DNA of 64,000 nucleotides from an uncultured Eubacteriales bacterium (GTDB lineage Bacteria; Pseudomonadota; Alphaproteobacteria; RF32; CAG-239). Below the pieces are notes generated by a model that did not search any database, had not been told where the DNA came from, and was given only the letters and a program-made list of their open reading frames with translations. This document shows, in pieces, positions 29,051 to 38,606 of the stretch. The DNA is taken from positions 7,993 through 71,992 of the forward strand of contig CAVGVF010000001.1 of the NCBI GenBank assembly GCA_963632615.1. Reading direction: 5' to 3'. Both the position numbers and the translations under genes were made by a program. Numbering within the stretch: position 1 is the first letter of the stretch; each line of letters starts with the position of its first letter.

Positions 29051-30118
29051 ATGACTAAAAAAAATGTTGATAATCAGCGCTATCTGCTGTTTTTGTGCGT
29101 ATTTTTGATTTGCGGCGGATTTTTGTATGTTCTGCGTTCGGTATTGCTGCCGTTTGTAGTCGGTATTGTTTTAGCCTACTTTTTAGACCCGCTGGTCAGT
29201 AAAGTTTCTAAAAACGGCAGCACCTCGCGCACGGTTGCCACTACTATCGTTATGGGCATATCCTTGCTGATTTTACTGCCGCTGCTGGTTTTGCTCTGCA
29301 GCGCCGTATTTTCGCAAGCCGCAGAATATGCTGCCAAACTGCCTGAATATGCCCGTTTGTTTGCTCAGCGGCTGCTGCCGGTTTTGGGAGAAATAAAGGA
29401 ACGTTTCGGCTTCAATTACGGCAATGTAGAAAATGTATTGCAAGAAAATATGGCAAACTACCTGAAAATTTTCGGAAAAATACTGCAAAGCCTTATTTCC
29501 AACGGATTCGCATTTATCAATATAATGTCTTTGCTGCTGATTTCTCCGGTAGTGGCGTTTTATATGCTGCGCGATTGGCATAAATTCACCGCCAAAATTC
29601 AAGGCTTGATTCCGCAAAAACACAAACAAACCGTGCTTGACGGCATGCAGCAGGTCAACCGTATTATTTCCGGTTATTTGAGAGGGCAAGCTTTGGTTTG
29701 CCTGTGCCTGGGCAGCTACTATTCTTTCGGATTGTGGCTGGTCGGCTTGGAAATGGGCGTGGTCGTTGGTTTTCTGGCCGGTATTATCTCATTTATTCCG
29801 TATGTCGGCAGTATTTCCGGATTTTTGATGGCTATGGCGCTGGTAATTACCCAATACGGCACATTGCCTAAAATTATTGCCGTCTTAGTGGTATTTGGTA
29901 TCGGACAATTTGTAGAAGGCAATTTCTTAACGCCTAAACTGGTCGGCGAAAATATCGGCCTGCATCCGGTGTGGGTTATGTTCGCTTTGCTGGCCGGCGG
30001 CGTGCTGCTGGGATTGCTGGGAATGATAATAGCCGTGCCTTGTGCCGCAATTATCGGCGTATTGCTGAAATACCTTATTAAAAACTACAAGCAAAGCCCT
30101 ATGTATTTGGATAATTAA
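29051..30118 (+). CDS. AI-2E family transporter (PerM-like permease)
   Basis: 355 aa with about 8 TM helices. The FIPYVGS and GQFVEGNFLTPKLVG strings are typical of the family. Confidence 0.85.
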   Translation: MTKKNVDNQRYLLFLCVFLICGGFLYVLRSVLLPFVVGIVLAYFLDPLVSKVSKNGSTSRTVATTIVMGISLLILLPLLVLLCSAVFSQAAEYAAKLPEYARLFAQRLLPVLGEIKERFGFNYGNVENVLQENMANYLKIFGKILQSLISNGFAFINIMSLLLISPVVAFYMLRDWHKFTAKIQGLIPQKHKQTVLDGMQQVNRIISGYLRGQALVCLCLGSYYSFGLWLVGLEMGVVVGFLAGIISFIPYVGSISGFLMAMALVITQYGTLPKIIAVLVVFGIGQFVEGNFLTPKLVGENIGLHPVWVMFALLAGGVLLGLLGMIIAVPCAAIIGVLLKYLIKNYKQSPMYLDN

Positions 30119-30984
30119 AGGCCGCGGCCTTTTTCACGGACATGCAGATGCTTGAAGATGTTGTTGGCAACATCTTCCTGATGCGCTTGCTCGCGGGCGT
30201 AAAAATCGGCGGCTTCAAAGTTGTTTCCGACAGCCGAAAGATATTCCAGCTCATTATAGATATCGGCTCTTTCGCGGCAGGTTCTTAATCTGCCGAAGCC
30301 GCAGCGTTTTATGCTTTCAAGCCGCTGCTGCAATAATTCGGCACGATCTTCCGGCGCCAGACTTTCTTTTAATTTTTCATCAATGACAGCCATTTTCTGA
30401 CGGGCAGCGGCAATGCGCTGCTGCTTTTTTTCTTCAGCAGATTGCTTTTTCAGTTCCTCGCCTTCTTGCCTGTCCGGATAGTCATTATCCGAAAGCTTGT
30501 GCCTTACTGCCGATAAAAGCTTATGTTTCAGACTGTACAGTACGCCGAAAGAATGCTGTTTAATCAGCATAGCTGCGTGCTTCAAATCAGAAATATGATT
30601 TTTGTTCAGCAAAGAGATTTTTTTATCCATAACATTTAGATAAAGCGTATTGCCCTCAATATATTTTTCATGTCCGGTCAAAACCAAATCATACATTTTT
30701 ATACGGACGGCGCGCGGCAGATTTTTATTATCTGCCAGCTTTTCATAATCATCTATCTGTTTTTTATCGCTTTCCGTACCGTCTCTCTCTTCATCTTCTG
30801 ATATCAATTCAATAATACCATTAGTCGCGGTATCCAAGTGCTGATACATCTTGTATTCTTCTTCCGCTAAATTATTTTTAAGTTTCCGCAATGCAATGGC
30901 CGACAAATCATGCCCCTTATCATCGTATCTTTCAAAAAAGCGATGTTTTAAATAATCGGCAATCAAAGTCTTTTTTGCAGCCAT
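30115..30984 (-). CDS. hypothetical protein (charged, helical)
   Basis: 289-aa ORF that is E/K/R-rich. No motif recognised. It is translationally adjacent to the GNAT gene upstream. Confidence 0.5.
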   Translation of the reverse strand: MAAKKTLIADYLKHRFFERYDDKGHDLSAIALRKLKNNLAEEEYKMYQHLDTATNGIIELISEDEERDGTESDKKQIDDYEKLADNKNLPRAVRIKMYDLVLTGHEKYIEGNTLYLNVMDKKISLLNKNHISDLKHAAMLIKQHSFGVLYSLKHKLLSAVRHKLSDNDYPDRQEGEELKKQSAEEKKQQRIAAARQKMAVIDEKLKESLAPEDRAELLQQRLESIKRCGFGRLRTCRERADIYNELEYLSAVGNNFEAADFYAREQAHQEDVANNIFKHLHVREKGRGL

Positions 30985-30985
30985 C

Positions 30986-31423
30986 TCATAAATCCTTAAC
31001 CATTTTCAAAAACGTTATGCCTTGCTCATCAAAAACATCGCCCTCGGCATGATAGCCCAATTTTTCATAAAAACCGACAACCGAAAGCATGGCATGCATG
31101 ATAATTTGACTGTATCCGGCTTCTTTGGCTCGTTTTTCGGCATATTTAACCAATTCACGGCCGATGCCCTCTCCGCGGTAAACAGTATCAACGGCAACTT
31201 GCATCAATCTGATTTTTTCATTATCCAGCGGAGCCAAAATCAATCCGCCGACCAGCTTGTCATCAAGCTGCTCCACACACCCGATATGCAGATAATTAGC
31301 TTCTTTATTGCGGAAAGAGTCTAAAAATTTCAGCCCCAGCGGCTCCAGCAAAATTTTATAGCGAAGCTCAACCAGTTCATTATAGCGGGAAGAACCGAAA
31401 TCAATATCAATCATTTTACGCAT
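30986..31423 (-). CDS. GNAT family N-acetyltransferase
   Basis: 145 aa with an acetyl-CoA binding loop (VDTVYRGEGIGRELVKYAEKRAKEAG). Confidence 0.85.
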   Translation of the reverse strand: MRKMIDIDFGSSRYNELVELRYKILLEPLGLKFLDSFRNKEANYLHIGCVEQLDDKLVGGLILAPLDNEKIRLMQVAVDTVYRGEGIGRELVKYAEKRAKEAGYSQIIMHAMLSVVGFYEKLGYHAEGDVFDEQGITFLKMVKDL

Positions 31424-31506
31424 CAGATAAACTCCTTAATATTTACTTAATTAAAGCATATTTTTAAACGCTTGACAATATCTATATTGCAAAAACCTTT
31501 AATTGT

Positions 31507-32496
31507 TTATTGCTCCGGCGCTTCTGCTTTGGTCTTTTCCAAAAAATCACCGGCTTTTATATCATATAAAGCCTGCCCCTGCTCCGGTTCCAAATTAAAC
31601 ACTCTGTCCGCAAAATATTTTTGATTTTCGGCTACAAACGGAATAACCTCCTTTCTGGCTATTCTATCGTTTTTCAGCTGCACGGAAAGCCAATAGTCAT
31701 CTTCTCCGATATTATAAACTTTCAGCTCATATATCAAACCTATATTAGTCGCAACTTCGATTGTTTTGGCTTCAGCATTTGGAAAATCCTCAGCAAAATC
31801 TTTAGCAAAGGCTATTCCCTCATAACCCAAATAGGCCAGCGATACCAATACTTTTTGCAGTTCTTTTGACTTTGGCAGATATTTTTCCAAAACAGGCAAA
31901 GTCAAGACCGTATCATCCAGCTTTATTTTTTCTATGGCATTAACCGGAATTTCCAGCAGCGGATACGGCATCCAAGCTCCGGCTTCACCGGAAAAAGCCC
32001 CTATAGAGCTGACCGTATAAATAAACGGATACCCGCTGCGTTTGGCAAAATAGCTCTCTCCGTCCGGCAGTTTATTTCCAAGCACCACACTGTCAAGTAA
32101 TTTGCCTTCGCTGTCAAAAATTTCAACCAGTACTCCGCGGCCGCCGTCCAAACCGGCTGCAGCGGTTTCGGCACCAGATGCTTCGGTTGCAGATGTAATT
32201 ACCGAATTATTTACCATTTTAAAAAAGGCGGCCAGCTGTTCGGTATTTACAAAATAATTTGCCGCTTCTTTAAAATACCAGCCGCCGTCTTTTTCATAAA
32301 TATTTATTTCGCCGTCAAGCGGAGATTTTATTTTTATACTTTGCAGACGCGCCACATTTTTCTTTGTCTGCACAAAAGTATCCTGTCCGCGGACATTCAA
32401 TCCGGCGCGTCTGACTGCATACCAGCCGGAAAAAGCAGCAACCGCAGCCAAAAATATTGCCAACCCCAAACCTAATATTAAATATTTTTTAGACAC
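31507..32496 (-). CDS. DUF4340-like protein, accessory to the GldG-type ABC system
   Basis: 329 aa with a single N-terminal TM helix. It overlaps the stop of the upstream GldG-like gene by 8 nt, the usual arrangement for DUF4340. Confidence 0.55.
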   Translation of the reverse strand: MSKKYLILGLGLAIFLAAVAAFSGWYAVRRAGLNVRGQDTFVQTKKNVARLQSIKIKSPLDGEINIYEKDGGWYFKEAANYFVNTEQLAAFFKMVNNSVITSATEASGAETAAAGLDGGRGVLVEIFDSEGKLLDSVVLGNKLPDGESYFAKRSGYPFIYTVSSIGAFSGEAGAWMPYPLLEIPVNAIEKIKLDDTVLTLPVLEKYLPKSKELQKVLVSLAYLGYEGIAFAKDFAEDFPNAEAKTIEVATNIGLIYELKVYNIGEDDYWLSVQLKNDRIARKEVIPFVAENQKYFADRVFNLEPEQGQALYDIKAGDFLEKTKAEAPEQ

Positions 32497-34807
32497 GGTT
32501 TTTCTCCTTTAAACGTTTTATCAAAAAGTTTCTGAGCCGGCCGGATAAAATCCACAGCAAAACAACCAGCATAAACGGAATAAACACAACCTGCACGGCA
32601 ATCATTTCTGCGATTGCCATACCGTATTTCCGCTTAATCGTGTATTCTATATTTTGCAGTTTTTGCTCATTTTCCGCAAGTTCGCGGCCGGCAGTGCCGA
32701 TTTGCCGCAAACGCTCGTAAGCCTCTAAATCCTCGCCGCTGTTTTCAAACAGCAGCAGTTTTTGCTCGGCAATTTTGTTTTGCAGCACTCTGTATTCAAC
32801 CTCTTGGCGGCTGAACAGATTTTTATGCAAACGCTGGCTGATATTATCAAGATTTTGTAAAATATCATTTACCGGCATTTTTTCATATATCTCATTTCCG
32901 GCAAGATAATCTATCAAAGCCTTAAACGCCCTGCCGTTGCCTGATTTTTCTATAACGCTGTAAGGATTTCTGTCCGGCGAATTTTCAGCCGCCCAGTATT
33001 CGGCTTCCAAAAAGTCGACATCGCCGACCACAGCCACTTTTCCGGCGGCTGCCGATTGCTTTAAAAACGGCTTCATCGATTTAATCAATTCAGTCTGTTC
33101 AAACGGATTATTGCTGTAAAGAGAAGTAAATGCACCTTCCATAACAGCTCCGACCAGACCGTTATCCCCATAAATAAAAGGTTTTACCTCTACAGCCGGA
33201 TTGTCTATTTTGAACTGTGCTGCCTTATTAAGCCGCAATCCCAGCGGATTATAGCCAAACATAGCGTCTGCTTTTCCTTCGTCCGTAAATTGTGGCTGCA
33301 GCTCCACTCTCCAGTTTTCCAAAAAATCTACAGCCTGAATATCTTCACCGTTGGTTATATCTGATTGGCTTGCTGTATAAAAATCAAAAAACAGCGCCAA
33401 TTTTCCGCCGCGAAGCACAAATTGATCCAAGCCATAGCGCAAAGCCGGAGAAATACTTTTAGGGTTAATCAAAACCAAAGTATCTACTTTTGCTGAAAAA
33501 TCATACATCGACGGCGATATATTAAAAACACTATAATCATTTTCAATTCCGAGCAAAACTTCCTGCAGGCCGTCTAAATTCTGCATACCGTCAATATAAA
33601 CGCCTACGGTTTTTCTTCTTTCCGGCTGCAGCAGCTTGATAATGGCGTTGTCAACATCTCTTTCCAACAACGGCTGACGCTGCAATAAAAATTGTTTTAT
33701 CACGGTTTCGCGTCCATCGGCAGTACTGAGCACCGCCCCCAGATAATCACGGCTGCCGGCGGCATTGGTTTCAAAATACAAATCCTTGGCCAAAACATTT
33801 TCTTCCAATTCCGAAAACGGCTCAACGTATGTTACATGCACATGCACCATACCTTTGGAAATTTTTTGGTAGCGCCGCAAAAAACGCTGCACTTGCTGCA
33901 AATAATGAAAATAGTCGGCATTATGATTGATATAATCTTTTGCCGCATAAACATCTATCACAACTTTTTGAGAAACATCGTTCAGCAGCTGTTCCGTTTC
34001 CGGCTTCGGCGTATAAATTTTGTTCAAAGTCAAATCGGCTTTCGTATCAAAAAGATTATAAGCTGCCAAATTCAGAAAAACGCCGCAAATCATCATCAGT
34101 ATGGCAAAAGCACTGATTTTCAGCCACTTGTATTTTTGCACGCTGTTTTGAAAACGCAGCACAGCCGCATTTAAAAACAAAAATATTCCGGCAAACGAAA
34201 CAAAATATAAAATATCCGGCAACCCGATTTCGGCAAACAAAAAGTTATTGTATACCATATACAAATAAAAGCACGGCAGTGCCGTCCAGACCGCCAAAAA
34301 GAAAAAGCTCATCAGATAAGCCAGAATCAAATTTTTCGATATCAGAGAAATCAAGCATCCCGAAGCGCAATAAAACAACAGCAGCAACCATAATCCGGCA
34401 TAGCTGGAAAAAATATTCCACCAATCCAGCTGCAGCCAGCCGGCCGAAAAAATAATAAACGGCAGAAACAGCAAACTTGCCGCAAAATAAAACAGCCAAA
34501 CCGCGCAGAATTTAGCAAGAACCGAGGTTGAAGCCGAAACCGGCTGCGTCAGTAAAAATTCGATAGTTCCGGTGCGGTACTCTTCTGCCCAGCTCCGCAT
34601 TGTCAAAACCGGCGCCAGAACAGTCAAAATAACCGGCTGGGCATAAAAAAGCGCATACAGCGCCGTATCGTGCATAGCCAGATATTCGCCGAAATAAAAA
34701 GCCGAACCGATTGAAGCAAACAAATACACAAAAAGAACAAAATATGCTGACATATTCTGAAAATAACTGCGAAATTCCTTAATCCACAATGTCATAAACT
34801 GCTGCAT
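32489..34807 (-). CDS. fused ABC-2 permease / GldG-like auxiliary protein
   Basis: 772 aa. Six N-terminal TM helices (ABC-2 type) are followed by a large extracytoplasmic domain and a C-terminal TM anchor. It is adjacent to the ABC ATPase. Confidence 0.65.
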   Translation of the reverse strand: MQQFMTLWIKEFRSYFQNMSAYFVLFVYLFASIGSAFYFGEYLAMHDTALYALFYAQPVILTVLAPVLTMRSWAEEYRTGTIEFLLTQPVSASTSVLAKFCAVWLFYFAASLLFLPFIIFSAGWLQLDWWNIFSSYAGLWLLLLFYCASGCLISLISKNLILAYLMSFFFLAVWTALPCFYLYMVYNNFLFAEIGLPDILYFVSFAGIFLFLNAAVLRFQNSVQKYKWLKISAFAILMMICGVFLNLAAYNLFDTKADLTLNKIYTPKPETEQLLNDVSQKVVIDVYAAKDYINHNADYFHYLQQVQRFLRRYQKISKGMVHVHVTYVEPFSELEENVLAKDLYFETNAAGSRDYLGAVLSTADGRETVIKQFLLQRQPLLERDVDNAIIKLLQPERRKTVGVYIDGMQNLDGLQEVLLGIENDYSVFNISPSMYDFSAKVDTLVLINPKSISPALRYGLDQFVLRGGKLALFFDFYTASQSDITNGEDIQAVDFLENWRVELQPQFTDEGKADAMFGYNPLGLRLNKAAQFKIDNPAVEVKPFIYGDNGLVGAVMEGAFTSLYSNNPFEQTELIKSMKPFLKQSAAAGKVAVVGDVDFLEAEYWAAENSPDRNPYSVIEKSGNGRAFKALIDYLAGNEIYEKMPVNDILQNLDNISQRLHKNLFSRQEVEYRVLQNKIAEQKLLLFENSGEDLEAYERLRQIGTAGRELAENEQKLQNIEYTIKRKYGMAIAEMIAVQVVFIPFMLVVLLWILSGRLRNFLIKRLKEKNRV

Positions 34808-34808
34808 T

Positions 34809-35519
34809 TTATTCTCCCGTTATTTTTTTGAATGAAGCCAGCAAACCATCTGCCGCCGTTTTTCTAAACTTTTCCAATGACGCATCGGCCAGCAGCCTGC
34901 CTTTGTGCAAAAGCAAAACCCGCGCCGCCAAAACCTCCACATCTTCAAGAGCGTGCGTTGATATAAGCACCATATTTTTTTTGGCATAATCTTTTATAAT
35001 CTTGCGGATACTGTCTTTTTGAATCGGATCAAGTCCTTCCGTCGGCTCATCCAGCAACAATATTTTCGGCTGAACCAGCAAAGCCGCCGCTAATTCCACT
35101 CTTTTTTTGAAACCTTTGGAAAGCGTGCCCAACCGCTGCAAAATCACTTTTTCCAATTCCAACAAACTTACGGCTCTCTGCAGATTCTCCGCAATTTCAT
35201 TCTGCGGCATTTTTTTCAATTTTGCCGTAAAATTCAAAAACTCTATGGCTGTCATATCACTGTATAAGGCAGAAATTTCCGGCACATAGCCCAAATTCTG
35301 CAAATATTCAGTTCTATGTTCCGGCAGCAAACCGTAATCGGTCAAAATTTCTCCGCTGTCCGGCTCCAGATAACCGGTAATCAGTTTAAGCAATGTAGAC
35401 TTTCCGGCTCCGTTTTCGCCCAGCAGCGTCACAATTTCATTCTTAGAAAATTTTATGCTGACATCGTCTACAGCCTTAATTTTTCCGAAACTTTTACAAA
35501 TATTTTTTATCTCCAGCAT
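34809..35519 (-). CDS. ABC transporter ATP-binding protein
   Basis: 236 aa with Walker A (GENGAGKST), the signature motif (LSKGFKKR) and Walker B (LLLDEP). Confidence 0.92.
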   Translation of the reverse strand: MLEIKNICKSFGKIKAVDDVSIKFSKNEIVTLLGENGAGKSTLLKLITGYLEPDSGEILTDYGLLPEHRTEYLQNLGYVPEISALYSDMTAIEFLNFTAKLKKMPQNEIAENLQRAVSLLELEKVILQRLGTLSKGFKKRVELAAALLVQPKILLLDEPTEGLDPIQKDSIRKIIKDYAKKNMVLISTHALEDVEVLAARVLLLHKGRLLADASLEKFRKTAADGLLASFKKITGE

Positions 35520-35674
35520 AGAGAAACCCCATAAATTATAAAAAAGATAAGTTATTTTAACAGTAATTTTTTAAACTTTAATAAATATTTTCGACTTTTA
35601 TATAAAAACTTTAATGACAAATAATTTTTATTGGAGTAATAATATTTCAAAAACAGCTGAAACGGAGAAAGGTT

Positions 35675-36199
35675 TTGGATACTTTCAACAAAGAAGAACT
35701 TAAAAATTTTATAATCGGCTTATGCATTATCTGCATATTCGCTTTGGCTACCGTCTTGTTCAAATTGCAGCGCAATGTTTGGAAAGGAGCAGAAGACACC
35801 GATTATCAGATTTTTGCCACTTTTAACCGTACGGACGGACTGGTTGTCGGCAACAAAGTCCGGATGTCCGGCATTGATATCGGCCGTGTGGTGGATTCGG
35901 TTTTGGATAATGATTTCAGAGCCACCTTGACTTTGCAGATAAAAGCTCAGGTACAAATTCCCGATGACAGCAGCGCCGCTATTGTCAGCTCCGGCATCAT
36001 GGGCAATAAATACATTGAAATCGAACCGGGTGGTTCCGAAGACTATATTGAGCCGAACGGCGAATTTTCATACACGCAGGATGCCATGATTTTGGATGAA
36101 CTGATTGACAGAGTCATCTCCTTGGGCAAAGCCAAGCGCAAAAAAACTTGCCCGGAACCAAAAGAAACAACTGCGCAAATAACCAAAGATATGGAGTAA
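35675..36199 (+). CDS. MlaD/MCE-domain protein
   Basis: TTG start with a GGAG RBS 7 nt upstream. It has an N-terminal TM helix and an MCE core (GLVVGNKVRMSGIDIGRV, GIMGNKYIEIEPG). Confidence 0.8.
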   Translation: MDTFNKEELKNFIIGLCIICIFALATVLFKLQRNVWKGAEDTDYQIFATFNRTDGLVVGNKVRMSGIDIGRVVDSVLDNDFRATLTLQIKAQVQIPDDSSAAIVSSGIMGNKYIEIEPGGSEDYIEPNGEFSYTQDAMILDELIDRVISLGKAKRKKTCPEPKETTAQITKDME

Positions 36200-36203
36200 G
36201 ATA

Positions 36204-36671
36204 ATGAGAAAAAAACCTGTTGAAACAATTATGGGATTGGTTGTATTGGTCGTTGCCGTCCTGTTTTTGGCATTTGCTTACCGCGTTTCCGATTTGCAGG
36301 TTGTAAAAGGATATCCGCTGAAGGCCGAATTTATGAAAGTCGGCGGTTTAAGCATCGGTTCCGATGTTCGCATCAACGGTATCAAAGTCGGCACGGTTAC
36401 TTCGCAGAAGCTGAATAATGAAGATTATATGGCTTACGTGACTTTCAGTATTTCTTCTGATATAAAACTGCCAAAAGACAGCACCGTTTCAATCGTCAGC
36501 GATGGCTTAGTCGGCGATAAATTTGTCAAAATCGAACCGGGAAAATCTTCGGAATATCTGAAAGCCGGCGATTCTTTTGCCAACACCAAAGATTTTAAAA
36601 CCATTGAAGATATGGTTGGAGAAATCATCTTTATGGTAACAGATGACGGAAGCAAAAATGAAGCTGAATAA
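36204..36671 (+). CDS. MlaD/MCE-domain protein (second paralog)
   Basis: 155 aa with an N-terminal TM helix and an MCE core (GLSIGSDVRINGIKVGTV, GLVGDKFVKIEPG). Confidence 0.85.
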   Translation: MRKKPVETIMGLVVLVVAVLFLAFAYRVSDLQVVKGYPLKAEFMKVGGLSIGSDVRINGIKVGTVTSQKLNNEDYMAYVTFSISSDIKLPKDSTVSIVSDGLVGDKFVKIEPGKSSEYLKAGDSFANTKDFKTIEDMVGEIIFMVTDDGSKNEAE

Positions 36672-37374
36672 ATTTATTTTAAGCACAGCGGCTGTGCTGG
36701 GCGGTTTTGCCGCCAACGCTGCAGAAATAGACATGAATACGGCCAGAATGCAGGCTATGGATAAAATCACCGGCCATGTAAACGTTATCAATGTTCCGGT
36801 CAACGGCGCTGTCAGCTTCGGTTCGCTGTCGATTGTGGTACGAAGCTGCAAGACCCGTCCGGCCGAAGAAGCTCCGGAAAACTTTGCCTTTGTGGATATT
36901 GCCGATAAAAATCAAAACAATGAACTAACCAATATTTTTAAAGGCTGGATGCTTTCATCTTCTCCGGCCACAAATGCGCTGGAACACCCGATTTATGATG
37001 TTTGGCTGCTGCAATGCCTGAATACCAAACTTGACGATTCCGCTCTTTTATCCGAGCAGCAATTAGCCGACCGCGATAATCTGCCGATGTCTCCGCGGCA
37101 AACTACATCTGCCGCAGCCGCTTCTGCTGAACTGAAAACAGAAGAAAAACCGGCTGAAAAAACTCAAGATTCCGCTAAAAAGCCGATGACGGAAATGGAA
37201 TATCTGCCGGATGAAACCGAGGATGGTTCGCCGGAAACCCTTGTAGAACCTGCAGAAAGCGGAAATACCGAATTTTCGTATGATGAAGAAGACGATTCGG
37301 CTGAAATTCAAAATGAATTGAACAAAATCAAAACTGATTGGGAAAACAAAGAAATTAAAGCTGAAGAGCAATAA
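36658..37374 (+). CDS. DUF2155-like secreted protein with acidic C-terminal tail
   Basis: Signal peptide MKLNKFILSTAAVLGGFAANA. The strings MDKITG..., VVRSCKTRPAEE and FKGWM are typical of DUF2155, which is commonly linked to MlaD genes in alphaproteobacteria. Confidence 0.65.
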   Translation: MKLNKFILSTAAVLGGFAANAAEIDMNTARMQAMDKITGHVNVINVPVNGAVSFGSLSIVVRSCKTRPAEEAPENFAFVDIADKNQNNELTNIFKGWMLSSSPATNALEHPIYDVWLLQCLNTKLDDSALLSEQQLADRDNLPMSPRQTTSAAAASAELKTEEKPAEKTQDSAKKPMTEMEYLPDETEDGSPETLVEPAESGNTEFSYDEEDDSAEIQNELNKIKTDWENKEIKAEEQ

Positions 37375-37894
37375 TCAGCAAAACAGCTAAGCCCAAATAC
37401 AGCAGCACGCCGCTTATATAGCAAAAACCCTGTTTAAAATCGGCGCGCGACGGCATAGCGTTTTCGATTATTACCGTCAGCAAAAACACATAAATAATAT
37501 ATGTAACAATGTTTAGTTTAACCAGCTCAAAAAAATGCTTGTCCAGCAGATAGGCTAAGCCCAAAAGCAACAGCGGCGCCATAGCGGTCGGCAAAGAATT
37601 ATAAAACCGTAAATTAGAAAAACTTACGTGTCCGGTCACATAATAGCCTTTTTTCTTTTGCGGAAACAAAGAAAATTCAACCGGCTTAGCATTAAGCAGC
37701 AGTCCAATAATAAAATGCGCACATTCATGCAAAACCGTTCCGGTCAGATTTATAAATGTAGTCATCCAAATATTGCTGTAAACCGAATGTTTAAGCGAAG
37801 TCAGGACAATAACAAATAAAATCAGGAAAAAACGGTTAGAAACAAATTGCGTCAGCACTTCCGGAGAGTTGAGATATGCCAGTAATTTTTCCAT
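37355..37894 (-). CDS. small polytopic membrane protein with HExxH motif (putative zincin, DUF3267-like)
   Basis: 179 aa with 4-5 TM helices. LHECAHFIIG lies at a TM boundary. The gene is downstream of the TetR gene on the same strand. Confidence 0.55.
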   Translation of the reverse strand: MEKLLAYLNSPEVLTQFVSNRFFLILFVIVLTSLKHSVYSNIWMTTFINLTGTVLHECAHFIIGLLLNAKPVEFSLFPQKKKGYYVTGHVSFSNLRFYNSLPTAMAPLLLLGLAYLLDKHFFELVKLNIVTYIIYVFLLTVIIENAMPSRADFKQGFCYISGVLLYLGLAVLLIIALQL

Positions 37895-37901
37895 TTTCAG
37901 C

Positions 37902-38495
37902 TTATTTCTTTTCTAAAACCGTCAAGCCGGCCACATACGTATTGAACATCAGCTGACAGATTGTTTCTTTGTTTACTTTGGTAAAGGAATCTAAAATATC
38001 TTTAGTCAAAAAAGAACTCAAGGCAAACAAAGTCAGCCACAAAACCTGCGAAGACAAAATTCTTTCCGGCCGCTCCATATTCGGCACCAGCTGAATCAGT
38101 AATTTGTTGATAAGTCCGGTAATTTTAACCACCTTACGCAAATAAAAATATGAAAATGTGCGGTTATTATTGCGTAAATGAAAACTATGCAGCATAAACC
38201 ACAGATTTTTGTTTTCCATCACAAAATCCACAAATTCATGCAAAAAGGCATTCATATCGGCAAAAGCATCACCGGTTTTTGCCACTTTTGCCAAACGCTC
38301 AGCCAAAGCATCCAGCGTCATATAATTTTGAATGACAATAAAATTATCCATATTGGAAAACTGATTATAAATAGCCCCCACCGAGCAGCCCGAGGCCTCC
38401 GACAGTTTGCGTACGGTTAAGGCATCCGTGCCTTTTTCCTGCACAATTTTCCGGCCGGTTTCCAATAACAAATTTTGTATATTGTCTTTTTCCAT
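37902..38495 (-). CDS. TetR/AcrR family transcriptional regulator
   Basis: 197 aa with an N-terminal HTH (TVRKLSEASGCSVGAIYNQFSN). Confidence 0.88.
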   Translation of the reverse strand: MEKDNIQNLLLETGRKIVQEKGTDALTVRKLSEASGCSVGAIYNQFSNMDNFIVIQNYMTLDALAERLAKVAKTGDAFADMNAFLHEFVDFVMENKNLWFMLHSFHLRNNNRTFSYFYLRKVVKITGLINKLLIQLVPNMERPERILSSQVLWLTLFALSSFLTKDILDSFTKVNKETICQLMFNTYVAGLTVLEKK

Positions 38496-38606
38496 TTCAG
38501 TAATAAATTTTATCCATGTTTAACAAATTATTTGCATTTATGACGTTAGAATAACGCAAACCTGAATGGTATTCAATTTTTTTTTACGGTTATCAAAGGG
38601 ATAATT

